Source: Candidatus Omnitrophota bacterium (lineage in GTDB: Bacteria > Omnitrophota > Gorgyraeia > Gygaellales > Profunditerraquicolaceae). Taken from it: DNA of 58,939 bases. A model generated the notes under the pieces. It saw nothing but the letters and a program-made list of their open reading frames with translations. It was not told where the DNA came from and made no database searches. Position numbers and translations under genes: made by a program. The stretch covers positions 1 to 58,939 of the forward strand of contig JBAYMG010000007.1 in the NCBI GenBank assembly GCA_041663665.1. The letters are read 5' to 3'. Position 1 is the first letter of the stretch, and each line of letters begins with the position of its first letter. This document shows positions 6,988-16,595 of the stretch, in pieces.

Positions 6988-9642
6988 ATGAGAATTCGTA
7001 CAAAATTTATTATCCAGACCTGCGGAGTAGTTTTAATAGGTTCGATTTTGTTTTTTACCTATGCCAGATTGGAATTTAAACGCAATACGGTTTTGTTCCA
7101 GAGCCAAAGAAGCGATATTGAGAAAACTTTTAGCAGGATTTTAGAGCTCAAAGCAAAACCATTGGAAACATTAGCTTTAGATTATACTTATTGGGATGAA
7201 ATGGTTGATTATGTTAAAAATCCTAATAAAATTTGGGCTAGCCTGAATTTAAAACCCGCTATTTTTACTTATAGTGTTGACTTGTTGGCAGTTTATAATC
7301 GAGATTTCTTACCAGTTTCTCATTTTACCTCAGAGGACAACGAGGTTCTGTATGAGCAATTTAGCCTGAATGTGATCTTGAATAAAGTTTTTGAAAAAAA
7401 GAAGGTAAATCATTTTTTCGTTTATACCCCAAAAGGATTATTGGAAGTTTTCGGCGCTTCAATTCATTCGACCGATGACCCGGAGAGAAAGAACCCGCCG
7501 CAGGGTTATTTTTTTACCGCCAAGTTATGGAATAGAGAATATGTTGATGAAATTTCTAAAATTATTGATTGTAATTTAGTGATAATTTATCCGTATAATA
7601 AAACAACTTATGTGAATAAAGCTGAATATCGGGAAGAGGCAATACAATTTTTAAAAATTTTAATGGATTGGGAGGGTAATCCGGATGCCAGAATAGACGC
7701 AACCCGGATATCATCAAGCATTGTTGAGCTTAAATCTATGTCAACTCAAGGGCCTGTCCTTATTATGCTTTTTGTTTTATTTATAGCTGTAATCTATATT
7801 ATATTTATTTTACGCTGGGTGCAAAAGCCCTTGGTCCTCATCTCTAAAGCCCTTAAGGAAAATAATCTTCAATATATTTTTAAAATGCAGAAAGGGAATA
7901 ATGAATTTGCTGAGATATCCAGGCTTATGTTTAGATTTTCTAAAAACGAAGTCCAGCTTGCCAAAGAAATAAAATTACTTAAAGAAACAGAAGAAAAGCT
8001 GGAGAAAGAACGAGATCGGGTCCAGGAATATCTGGATATTGCGGATGTTATGATCATGATTTTAGATATCGAAGGAAATATTAGTATGCTTAACAAGAAA
8101 GGGTGTTTAATTTTAGGGTATGAAGAGCAGGAAATAATGGGTAAGAATTGGTTTGAATCCTTTTTGCCAGAAGAAACTAAAGGCCAGATGCGCGAGGTCA
8201 ATAAAAAATTAATTTCGGGAAACGAGACGGTTAAATATTATGAAAATCTGATTTTAAGAAAAGACGGTACCCGGCGTATTATGGGTTTTCATATTTCTCC
8301 GCTTAGAAATCAAGCCTCTCAGATTATTGGTGTCTTGATCTCAGGAGAGGATATTACTGAGCGTAAAGAAGCAGAAAAAGAGGTGAAGAGAATTTCCGAT
8401 GAGCTGCATACGATAGTTGATTCTTCCCGGGTTATGATTTTTTATAAAGATAAAACCGGCCGTTTTATTTTTACAAACAAAGCTTTTATGGAAGTAGTGG
8501 GTTTACCTAAAGAAAAAATTGAAGGTAAAACTGCTAATGAACTTTTTCCTGAGTATGCAGAAGAATACTGGAATGATGATTTGGAGGTAATCAAAACAAA
8601 TTTGCCAAAATTAAATATTTTTGAGCCGGTAATGACGAAGCGTGGATTGATGTGGCTTTTGACAGATAAGATCCCATATCGGGATGAAAGCGGTAATGTT
8701 ATCGGCGTAATTGGATTTTCTTTAGATATTACCCAGCAGAAAAAAGCGGAAGAAATGCTCTTGGGCAGCGAAGAAAAATACCGCAGCATTGTAGATAATA
8801 TCGGCATTGGTATTGCGATGCTTAATCCGAATATGGAAATATTATCTATAAATAACCAGATGAAGAAATGGTGCCCGGCTGTTGATTTAAAACAGAGGCA
8901 TCTTTGCTATGCTACCTTTAATGATCCGCCGAGAGAAGGGGTTTGCTCTTATTGTCCGGTTGTTAAGACATTTAAAGATGGCAAGGTCCACGAAGCTATT
9001 ACGGAAACCCCGATGCATGGTGCCATATCTAATTATAGGATTGTTTCTTCTCCGGTAAAAGATAAAAACGGGAAAATTGTTGCGGTCATTGAAATGGTTG
9101 AAGATATTACTAAGAGTAAAATAATCGAGGAAGAATTGAAGCGCAAGACAAATCTGCTTGAAGCTGAAAAAGAAGCTTCAGTTGATGGGGTGCTGGTTGT
9201 CGATGAAAATAAGCAGAGAGTTTTGATTAACAAGCGATTGCTTGATTTATGGAAGATACCGCAATACATTGCTGAAGACAAAAATGACCAAGCACTTTTG
9301 CAGTATGTAGTAACCAAAATAAAAGATCCGCAGAATTTTTTGGATAAGGTAGAGTATCTTTATAATCATAAAGATGAAAAAAGTCGTGATGAGGTAGAGT
9401 TTAATGATGGAAGGACTTTTGATAGATATTCGGCTCCTGTCATTAATAAAGATGGTGCGTATTTCGGGCGTATCTGGACCTTCCGTGATATTACTGAGCT
9501 TAAACAAGCAGAACAGAAGTTAAAGAAAGACCTGCATGAGTTGGAGGTGTTTTATAAGGCCAGTATCGGCAGGGAAGAACGGATATTGGAACTTAAGCGG
9601 CGGATAAAAGAACTTGAACAGAAATCGAATAATATTGGATAG
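6988..9642 (+). CDS. CHASE4 + four PAS/PAC sensor protein without an output domain
   Basis: TM-DYTYWDEMVDYV(CHASE4)-TM, four PAS/PAC units ending in DITER/DITQQ/DITKS/DITEL, then a short coiled-coil tail. Confidence 0.85.
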   Translation: MRIRTKFIIQTCGVVLIGSILFFTYARLEFKRNTVLFQSQRSDIEKTFSRILELKAKPLETLALDYTYWDEMVDYVKNPNKIWASLNLKPAIFTYSVDLLAVYNRDFLPVSHFTSEDNEVLYEQFSLNVILNKVFEKKKVNHFFVYTPKGLLEVFGASIHSTDDPERKNPPQGYFFTAKLWNREYVDEISKIIDCNLVIIYPYNKTTYVNKAEYREEAIQFLKILMDWEGNPDARIDATRISSSIVELKSMSTQGPVLIMLFVLFIAVIYIIFILRWVQKPLVLISKALKENNLQYIFKMQKGNNEFAEISRLMFRFSKNEVQLAKEIKLLKETEEKLEKERDRVQEYLDIADVMIMILDIEGNISMLNKKGCLILGYEEQEIMGKNWFESFLPEETKGQMREVNKKLISGNETVKYYENLILRKDGTRRIMGFHISPLRNQASQIIGVLISGEDITERKEAEKEVKRISDELHTIVDSSRVMIFYKDKTGRFIFTNKAFMEVVGLPKEKIEGKTANELFPEYAEEYWNDDLEVIKTNLPKLNIFEPVMTKRGLMWLLTDKIPYRDESGNVIGVIGFSLDITQQKKAEEMLLGSEEKYRSIVDNIGIGIAMLNPNMEILSINNQMKKWCPAVDLKQRHLCYATFNDPPREGVCSYCPVVKTFKDGKVHEAITETPMHGAISNYRIVSSPVKDKNGKIVAVIEMVEDITKSKIIEEELKRKTNLLEAEKEASVDGVLVVDENKQRVLINKRLLDLWKIPQYIAEDKNDQALLQYVVTKIKDPQNFLDKVEYLYNHKDEKSRDEVEFNDGRTFDRYSAPVINKDGAYFGRIWTFRDITELKQAEQKLKKDLHELEVFYKASIGREERILELKRRIKELEQKSNNIG

Positions 9643-9664
9643 ATTTAAAATTTAGGAGAAGTAA

Positions 9665-12553
9665 ATGGTAAGTGTGCTATTTTTTTACGGCCTGGCATTT
9701 ATTTTTTTGGGTATTATTTTGATGCCTATCCGCGGGAAAGAGGATTTTCTTGGCGTATTAAATAATTTTTGGGCGCTTGCCTTTTTTGCATTTATTCATG
9801 GAATTAACGAATGGGTTGATATGTTTATTCTAAGCGGCAAGCCGCTTGACGTTAGGATGCTTATTATTATAGGAAATATTCTCCTTCCTGTTTCTTTTAT
9901 TTTTATAGTTTTATTTGCAGTACTTAATATTAATCAACGGTATCCGAAACATAAATGGCCGAGTTTTATACCGGTTGTCTGTTTATTGCCGTGGTGTTTA
10001 GCTCTTATCATGGGTAAGGGGCATTTAACTGCCGGGATAATGGCACGTTATTTTATATGCTTTCCTGGGCTTATTTTGATTATAATTGATATGGTAAGCC
10101 GCCTGATTTTATATAAAAAAGAATTGCCAAGGCTGGTTTCGGTAGGCGTAATTGTTTTTATCTCTGCATGTAGCATATATGCTGTTGTTTCGGGGCTTAT
10201 CGTACCGAAAGCTGATTTCTTCCCTGCGTCGATAATCAACTATATTACTTTTAATAAGGTATTTGGTTTTCCGGTACAGATTCTTAGGATGCTCTGTGCC
10301 ATAGTTATGTTGGTAGGGGCTTTTGGAATTATGGGAGTTTATTATAAAAAAACAGGTAAGGTGCGGTTAGTCGGGGGACTGGCGCGTAAATTCTTGTTTT
10401 TTACTCTGATCTTTAGTTCAATTTTGATTATTTCCAGTGTTTTGATGTCATATCTTTCAGGAATATTTATGCTGCGGAAAGTTATTTCTAACCAGCAACA
10501 AGCTATTGTGCAAGTAATGGCTAATTCTATGGGGGAAATGGTTGGATCTGAGGTAAAGGAGCTAGAAAATTATGTAGCAAATCCAAGTATCTGGGGGGCG
10601 GTTATTATGAATGCTAACCTCAGGTATTCTGCTATGCCGGTTAAGAATATGCCGGAATATTTTGCAGCAAAAGATAAGGAGTGGTTGCGTTCTGCTATTG
10701 ATAGTGCTCTTGTTAGAGAGTATCTCGGTACGATGCTTAGTCTGCGTCTTAAGAAATTCTCTGAGGCAAAAGGTAATATTGCTGAGATATTTCTTACTGA
10801 TAGGTATGGCGGGTTGGTAACGGCATCGGATAAGACAAGTGATTATTACCAGGCTGACGAGTTATGGTGGCAAAAAACTTTTAATGGAGGTAAAGGGAGC
10901 ATTTTTATCGGTGAAATGGAATTTGATGAGTCTACTGGTATCTGGTCGATTACTATAGCGGTTCCGGTATATAATAAAGATGCAGAAGTAATTGGCGTGT
11001 GTAAGGCAGTTTATAATACTCTAAAGTTTTCTGATACAATTTCCAGGTTTGAGATAGGATCATCTGGCAGGGCTATTTTGTTTGATAATAACGGTGAGCT
11101 TATATGTCGAAGCAGACATAAGCTTGCTAAAATTGAAAGCTCAGCTTTACCGGAATGGAATGCTATTAAGAAAGCGCAATCAAAAAAATCTTTTTTATCG
11201 TCTTCCTATGTTTATTATGATACCGGTGAAGTTTTTCTAATTTCTTGGGAGATGGTGCCGGATAAAGACTTATTACAGCAAGGTATAAAATGGACTGCTT
11301 GTGTTGAACAGAATACCAAAGAAATATTTGCCAGCCAGGAACTTACGCTTTTATTATATTCTATTGTGCTGTTTGTGGTATTGATGGTTTTATCGATGTG
11401 TTTTAGTTTTATGTTTGTGCGGTTATTGATCCAGCCGATTGAGAAGATGCGTTTAGGAATGCGTGAAATTGCCGGAGGAAACCTTAATTACTATTTAAGT
11501 TTAAGAAGCGGGGATGAGCTTGAAGATCTTGCTGATTCCTTTAATCTGATGATTGATACACTGCGTAAGACCCTAGTTTCAAAGGAGGTATTAATTGCGG
11601 AAGTCGCTGAGCGTAAACAGGCGGAATCTTTGCTTGAGGAGTCAAAAGAGAAATTAGAGAAACAGGCTCAAGAATTAAATATTCAACTTAAAGAAACGGA
11701 AAAATCTCATGAAATAATGATCAGCATGTTAGAAGATAATAATTTCATCAGGGATGAGTTGGAGAAGAGCCTGGCGGGAGTACAACAAGCTCAGGAGATG
11801 ATGATTCAGGTGGCCAAACTTAGTGCGGTAGGCCAGTTGGCCAGCGGAGTAGCCCATGAGGTTAAAAATCCGTTGGGGATAATTCTGCAAGGAATAAATT
11901 ATTTGGAGCATAAACTTTCCGGTCGAGAGAAAGATACCGGGGAAGTTTTAGAGATGATGAAGGATGGCATTACCCGGGCAGATAAAATTATTAATGGCCT
12001 GCTTGATTTTTCTAAATCTTCAAAATTGGATTTAAAACTGGAAGATGTGAATTCTGTCCTGGAGAGTTCGGTAAATTTAGCGCAGGTTTCCTCTAGTTTT
12101 GTTGGTGTGCAGATTACCAGGGAAATGAGCAAACATATTCCCAAAATACGAATTGATAAGAATAAGATTCAGCAGGTTTTTATTAATCTTTTGGTAAATG
12201 CAGTTCAGGCAATGAATAATCAGGGCAGCATTGTTATCCGCAGTTATGTGAAAAAATTAGAGAAGCCGGCAAAATCAAAGATTAACAAAGAGGTGGATTA
12301 TTTTGCCGCAGGAGATGAGGCTGTAGTAGTTGAGATTGAGGATACAGGGATAGGGATATCCGAAGAAAACTTAAAGAAAATATTTGACGCGTTTTTTTCC
12401 ACGAAAGGCCCCAAGGGAGGCGCAGGTCTAGGTTTAGGAATTTGCCTGAGCATAATTGATATGCATAAGGGGTTAATTGAAGTAACCAGCCAGGAAGGGA
12501 AAGGTACTAAGGTAACCGTTATCTTCCAAGCTAGCCAGGAAAAAGTAATTTAA
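9665..12553 (+). CDS. Sensor histidine kinase (multi-TM N-domain + Cache-like + HAMP + HisKA/HATPase)
   Basis: H-box VAHEVKNPL, N-box NLLVNAVQA, DTGIG, FFSTK, GAGLGL; HAMP DELEDLADSFN. Confidence 0.93.
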   Translation: MVSVLFFYGLAFIFLGIILMPIRGKEDFLGVLNNFWALAFFAFIHGINEWVDMFILSGKPLDVRMLIIIGNILLPVSFIFIVLFAVLNINQRYPKHKWPSFIPVVCLLPWCLALIMGKGHLTAGIMARYFICFPGLILIIIDMVSRLILYKKELPRLVSVGVIVFISACSIYAVVSGLIVPKADFFPASIINYITFNKVFGFPVQILRMLCAIVMLVGAFGIMGVYYKKTGKVRLVGGLARKFLFFTLIFSSILIISSVLMSYLSGIFMLRKVISNQQQAIVQVMANSMGEMVGSEVKELENYVANPSIWGAVIMNANLRYSAMPVKNMPEYFAAKDKEWLRSAIDSALVREYLGTMLSLRLKKFSEAKGNIAEIFLTDRYGGLVTASDKTSDYYQADELWWQKTFNGGKGSIFIGEMEFDESTGIWSITIAVPVYNKDAEVIGVCKAVYNTLKFSDTISRFEIGSSGRAILFDNNGELICRSRHKLAKIESSALPEWNAIKKAQSKKSFLSSSYVYYDTGEVFLISWEMVPDKDLLQQGIKWTACVEQNTKEIFASQELTLLLYSIVLFVVLMVLSMCFSFMFVRLLIQPIEKMRLGMREIAGGNLNYYLSLRSGDELEDLADSFNLMIDTLRKTLVSKEVLIAEVAERKQAESLLEESKEKLEKQAQELNIQLKETEKSHEIMISMLEDNNFIRDELEKSLAGVQQAQEMMIQVAKLSAVGQLASGVAHEVKNPLGIILQGINYLEHKLSGREKDTGEVLEMMKDGITRADKIINGLLDFSKSSKLDLKLEDVNSVLESSVNLAQVSSSFVGVQITREMSKHIPKIRIDKNKIQQVFINLLVNAVQAMNNQGSIVIRSYVKKLEKPAKSKINKEVDYFAAGDEAVVVEIEDTGIGISEENLKKIFDAFFSTKGPKGGAGLGLGICLSIIDMHKGLIEVTSQEGKGTKVTVIFQASQEKVI

Positions 12554-12611
12554 GGTAATTCAGGGTGAATAAGACATATTTAGGAAATATTTGGAAGGAG
12601 CGCACTTAAGC

Positions 12612-13034
12612 ATGGTCAAGAAAAAGATATTGATTATCGATGATGAGAAGAATCTTTGTATTTTGCTAAAATCAAATTTAGAAAATACCGGAGAATATGA
12701 AGTGACTACTGCTTTTTCCGGTGAAGAAGGCCTGCAGAAAGCCAAAGATGTAAATTATGATTTAGTGATTACAGATTTTAAGATGCCGGGATTGAATGGC
12801 CGGCAGGTATTGAATGCTCTTAAAGATATGCGGCCTGATTCTCCGGTAGTGCTTTGTTCTGTTTATCACGATGATCCAAGTACAGTTACAGCTTTAGATA
12901 TAGCCAGGGCCGATGGGATAATTACCAAGCCGTTTGAACATAAGCAGCTTTATAAGACTATTAAAGATATCTTATCCGGTAATGTCAAAGCTGGAAAAAC
13001 TAAGGTTAAAAAGGAGATAGGCAATGGTAAATAA
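12612..13034 (+). CDS. Single-domain response regulator receiver
   Basis: LIIDDE, DLVITDFKMPG, TKPF; ATG 12612 preferred over the upstream start in the ORF track. Confidence 0.9.
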   Translation: MVKKKILIIDDEKNLCILLKSNLENTGEYEVTTAFSGEEGLQKAKDVNYDLVITDFKMPGLNGRQVLNALKDMRPDSPVVLCSVYHDDPSTVTALDIARADGIITKPFEHKQLYKTIKDILSGNVKAGKTKVKKEIGNGK

Positions 13035-13404
13035 GGTTTTAATTGTTGATGATGAGGTTGATTTTACTAAGCTGATAAAATTTAATCTTGAACAAACCGG
13101 TAAATATGAGGTGTTGGCTCTACCTGATGCGAAAGATATTATATCTCAGGTCCACGCGTTTAAACCGGATATAATCCTGCTTGATATTATTATGCCCGGG
13201 ATAATGGGGATTGAAGTTTGTGAGATGTTAAATAAGGATTCAATCGGGAAAGGTATCCCAATTATTATACTTTCAGCGTTGGCTAAAGATGCCGACAAAT
13301 ATAAGGCTTATAAGGTTGGGGTAGTGGATTATATGGCTAAACCGATAGATATAACGCGGTTGACTGTAAAAATAGAAAAATACATTCAATTTAAAAAAGG
13401 ATAG
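13024..13404 (+). CDS. Single-domain response regulator receiver
   Basis: LIVDDE, DIILLDIIMPG, AKPI. Confidence 0.92.
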   Translation: MVNKVLIVDDEVDFTKLIKFNLEQTGKYEVLALPDAKDIISQVHAFKPDIILLDIIMPGIMGIEVCEMLNKDSIGKGIPIIILSALAKDADKYKAYKVGVVDYMAKPIDITRLTVKIEKYIQFKKG

Positions 13405-13507
13405 AATTCCCGCCTAATTTTATTCTGAAATTCTGCCAAATTTTTTATTGACAAAATATTTAAAAAGTTATAAATATATTTATATAATTTTTTAAAAGGA
13501 GGAAGAT

Positions 13508-14500
13508 ATGAATACGGGTTTAACGGCTATTAATGAGAAAGTTCAAAAAGAAAGTTTGTTTGTACAGAGCTTGACTGCTGAAATCGAAAAAGTTATCGTT
13601 GGCCAGAAGCATTTAATTCAAGCGTTGTTGGTTGGCTTGCTAGGCAATGGACATATTTTAGTTGAAGGCGTTCCCGGACTAGCCAAAACTCTTTCGATTA
13701 AAACATTAGCTCAGGCAATTAATACTAAATTTCAAAGAATACAGTTTACTCCTGACCTTCTGCCTGCGGATTTAATCGGTACGCTGATTTATAATCCAAA
13801 AGACGGTGTATTCTCAATTAAAAAGGGCCCGATATTTGCCAATATCATTTTAGCTGACGAGATAAACCGTGCGCCGGCAAAAGTTCAGAGCGCATTATTG
13901 GAAGCGATGCAGGAAAGGCAGGTTACTATCGGTGAAAATACTTATAAATTAGATGATCCATTTTTGGTTATGGCTACTCAGAATCCTATCGAGCAGGAAG
14001 GTACCTACCCGCTTCCTGAAGCGCAGATTGACAGGTTTATGCTTAAAGTTAATATTACTTATCCGGACATTGAAGAAGAGCATAAGATTTTAAAGCGTAT
14101 GGGCTTCACTGATAAAAAGTATGAAGCAAAACCAGTCATTCAGCCGCTGGATATTGCCCGGGCCCGCAGCGTTGTTGATGAGGTTTATCTGGATGAAAAA
14201 ATTGAAAAATATATTCTGGATATAGTTTTTGCTACCAGAGATCCGAAGAAATATAAACTTGATGAGCTCTCCGGGCTTATTCAATACGGTGCCTCTCCCA
14301 GGGCCAGTATCTATTTAATGCTGGCAGCTAAAGCTTATGCCTTTATTCAGGGAAGAGGCTATGTTACTCCGCAGGATATTAAATCTATCGGCCCGGATGT
14401 ATTACGGCACAGGGTAATTGTGAGTTATGAAGCCGAAGCTGAAGAAAAAACTTCAGATGACATAATTAAAAAGATATTTACTGATATCGAGGTTCCTTAA
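13508..14500 (+). CDS. moxR: MoxR-family AAA+ ATPase
   Basis: EGVPGLAKT, RIQFTPDLLPAD, LADEINRAPAKVQSALLEAMQE, ATQNPIEQEGTYPLPEAQ. Confidence 0.96.
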   Translation: MNTGLTAINEKVQKESLFVQSLTAEIEKVIVGQKHLIQALLVGLLGNGHILVEGVPGLAKTLSIKTLAQAINTKFQRIQFTPDLLPADLIGTLIYNPKDGVFSIKKGPIFANIILADEINRAPAKVQSALLEAMQERQVTIGENTYKLDDPFLVMATQNPIEQEGTYPLPEAQIDRFMLKVNITYPDIEEEHKILKRMGFTDKKYEAKPVIQPLDIARARSVVDEVYLDEKIEKYILDIVFATRDPKKYKLDELSGLIQYGASPRASIYLMLAAKAYAFIQGRGYVTPQDIKSIGPDVLRHRVIVSYEAEAEEKTSDDIIKKIFTDIEVP

Positions 14501-14508
14501 AAACCGAT

Positions 14509-15393
14509 ATGATTTCTAAAGAGGTCCTAAAAAATATCCGCCGCATTCAGATAACTACATCGCGCATGGTTACTGATGTTTTTGCCGGCCAGTACCAGAG
14601 CGTGTTTAAGGGCAAAGGCATGGAATTTGAGGAGGTGCGCGAGTATCAGCCTGGAGATGAGATTCGTTCAATCGACTGGAATGTTACTGCCCGGATGGGA
14701 AGCCCGTATATTAAGAAGTTTGTGGAAGAAAGGGAGTTAACGGTGATGTTGATTTTGGATATGTCCTCTTCCTCCTTTTTTGGCACGAGAAATCAGCAAA
14801 AAATGCGCTTAGCCGCGGAAGTATGTTCGGTTTTAGCCTTCGCTGCCATAAAGAATAATGATAAAGTAGGATTTATTGCGTTTACGGATAAAATTGAGAA
14901 ATTTATCCCGGCACGTAAAGGGCTGCGCCATGTTTTACGCATCATAAGCGAGGCTTTATATTTTAAGCCCCTAGGTAAAGGGACTGATATTAACGGCGCC
15001 TTGGAATACCTGAATAAAATTACTAACCGCAAGACAGTTACTTTTATTATTTCCGACTTTTACGCAGCTGATTTTAAAAAGATGCTGGCAATAAGCAATA
15101 AACGCCATGATATTGTTGCCATAACTGTAACTGACCCGAGGGAGATGGAGTTAACAGATGCGGGAATAGTGAAATTAGAGGATTTAGAGAGCGGAAAGAC
15201 TTTTGTGGTTGATACTTCGGATCGTAGTGTGCGTAAAAAATATGCTCAGGATGCCCTCAAAAGGCATCGGGACAGGGGGATGTTATTTTCTTCGGTCAAT
15301 GTGGATAATATTGATCTGCGAACGGATATGCCTTATGCACAGAGTTTATTGAGATTTTTTAAAACTAGAGAGAGGAGATTGAGAATAAAATGA
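14509..15393 (+). CDS. DUF58 (vWA-like) MoxR partner
   Basis: GMEFEEVREYQPGDEIRSIDWNVTAR, EERELTV, DMSSS. Confidence 0.93.
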   Translation: MISKEVLKNIRRIQITTSRMVTDVFAGQYQSVFKGKGMEFEEVREYQPGDEIRSIDWNVTARMGSPYIKKFVEERELTVMLILDMSSSSFFGTRNQQKMRLAAEVCSVLAFAAIKNNDKVGFIAFTDKIEKFIPARKGLRHVLRIISEALYFKPLGKGTDINGALEYLNKITNRKTVTFIISDFYAADFKKMLAISNKRHDIVAITVTDPREMELTDAGIVKLEDLESGKTFVVDTSDRSVRKKYAQDALKRHRDRGMLFSSVNVDNIDLRTDMPYAQSLLRFFKTRERRLRIK

Positions 15394-16595
15394 AAAAGAA
15401 TGTTATTGTAACTATAGGTGTAATTATTCTACTGGTTATCGTAAATTTATTTATTACAAAAAAAGTTTCTAATTATACAAATTGCAGCCAGCAACCTGCC
15501 TGGACGGATAAGCTGCAGCTGGAATATGCCAACACTTTGCTCTCTAAGGGGCTAAATACTAACGCCGCGCAGGCTTTTGAGGTTTATATAGAAAGAACCC
15601 ATGCGAATAATAAAGATTTGGCCGGCATTTGTAATAAACTGGGGGATATTTATTTGGATTTAAAGGAGTATGAAAAAGCTCTGGCTAATTTTTATAAGAG
15701 CGAATTACTCGACCCTAATTCCGATGACAAACAGGATATGAATCAAAAGATAGTCAGTGCTTTAGAAAACTCGGGGTTAAGCCAGCAGGCTCAGTATGAA
15801 TTGGAAAGCCGGACTGCGGTTAAGCCGGGTGCGCCAAAAAGTAAAAATGTTGCAATTAGAATCGGGAAAAGAGAGATAACTATTGAAGAGATTGATGGGG
15901 TGATTAATAATTTTCCCGAGTCGGTAAGGAAGGAATTAAGTAATGATGATGCTAAATTAAGATTTATCCGGGAGTATGCGGCCAGCGAAGTTCTTTATGA
16001 AAAAGGGAAAAAACTGGGGTTGGATAAACTTAATAGTGTCCGGATAATGATTGAAGATTTTAAGAAAAAACTTATTTTACAAGAGCTGTTGCGCAATGAA
16101 GTGGATAAGGAATTAAAAATTACGCCCGATGATATTTCTTTGTATTATCAGGCTAATCAAAAAAGGTACCGTACTCCGGAGCGAGCCAAGGTAGCGTTTC
16201 TGGAATTAAGTGATTTAGCCAAAAATAATGAGATAGCCTCTAAGCTTAAGCAGGGTAAAGGCGAAAAAATAGAAGAGTGGATAGAAAAAGGTTCAGTTTA
16301 TCTGCCGAATAATCTTGGAGAATCAAAGGAAGCAGTAGAAAATATTTTTAAACAACAAAAAGGCGGAATAGTTGATCCGGTTAAAATTAAAGGTAAATTG
16401 TATATGTTTATAGTCAATGATAAGCAGCCGTCGACGCAGCAGGGTTTTGAAGAAGTTAAGCAGCAGGTCGAAGGTGAATACCGTATGCAAAAACAGCAGC
16501 AGATAGTTAAATCTTTTGTGGATAGAGCGATGGAGCAGCAGGAAGTAGCTATTTTGTTCCAGCCGAAGAAAACAGATGAAAAAGTTTCAAAATAA
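15390..16595 (+). CDS. Exported TPR + SurA/PpiC-like chaperone (peptidyl-prolyl isomerase family)
   Basis: N-term TM, TPR-like segment, ITIEEID..., ITPDDISLYYQANQKRYRTPERAKV, FEEVKQQV foldase-type motifs. Confidence 0.7.
   Translation: MKKNVIVTIGVIILLVIVNLFITKKVSNYTNCSQQPAWTDKLQLEYANTLLSKGLNTNAAQAFEVYIERTHANNKDLAGICNKLGDIYLDLKEYEKALANFYKSELLDPNSDDKQDMNQKIVSALENSGLSQQAQYELESRTAVKPGAPKSKNVAIRIGKREITIEEIDGVINNFPESVRKELSNDDAKLRFIREYAASEVLYEKGKKLGLDKLNSVRIMIEDFKKKLILQELLRNEVDKELKITPDDISLYYQANQKRYRTPERAKVAFLELSDLAKNNEIASKLKQGKGEKIEEWIEKGSVYLPNNLGESKEAVENIFKQQKGGIVDPVKIKGKLYMFIVNDKQPSTQQGFEEVKQQVEGEYRMQKQQQIVKSFVDRAMEQQEVAILFQPKKTDEKVSK

Noticed and set aside
13448-13488. Sigma70 promoter for moxR (TTGACA at 13448)
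   Set aside because: No good -10 at 16-18 bp spacing, so it is not listed as a feature
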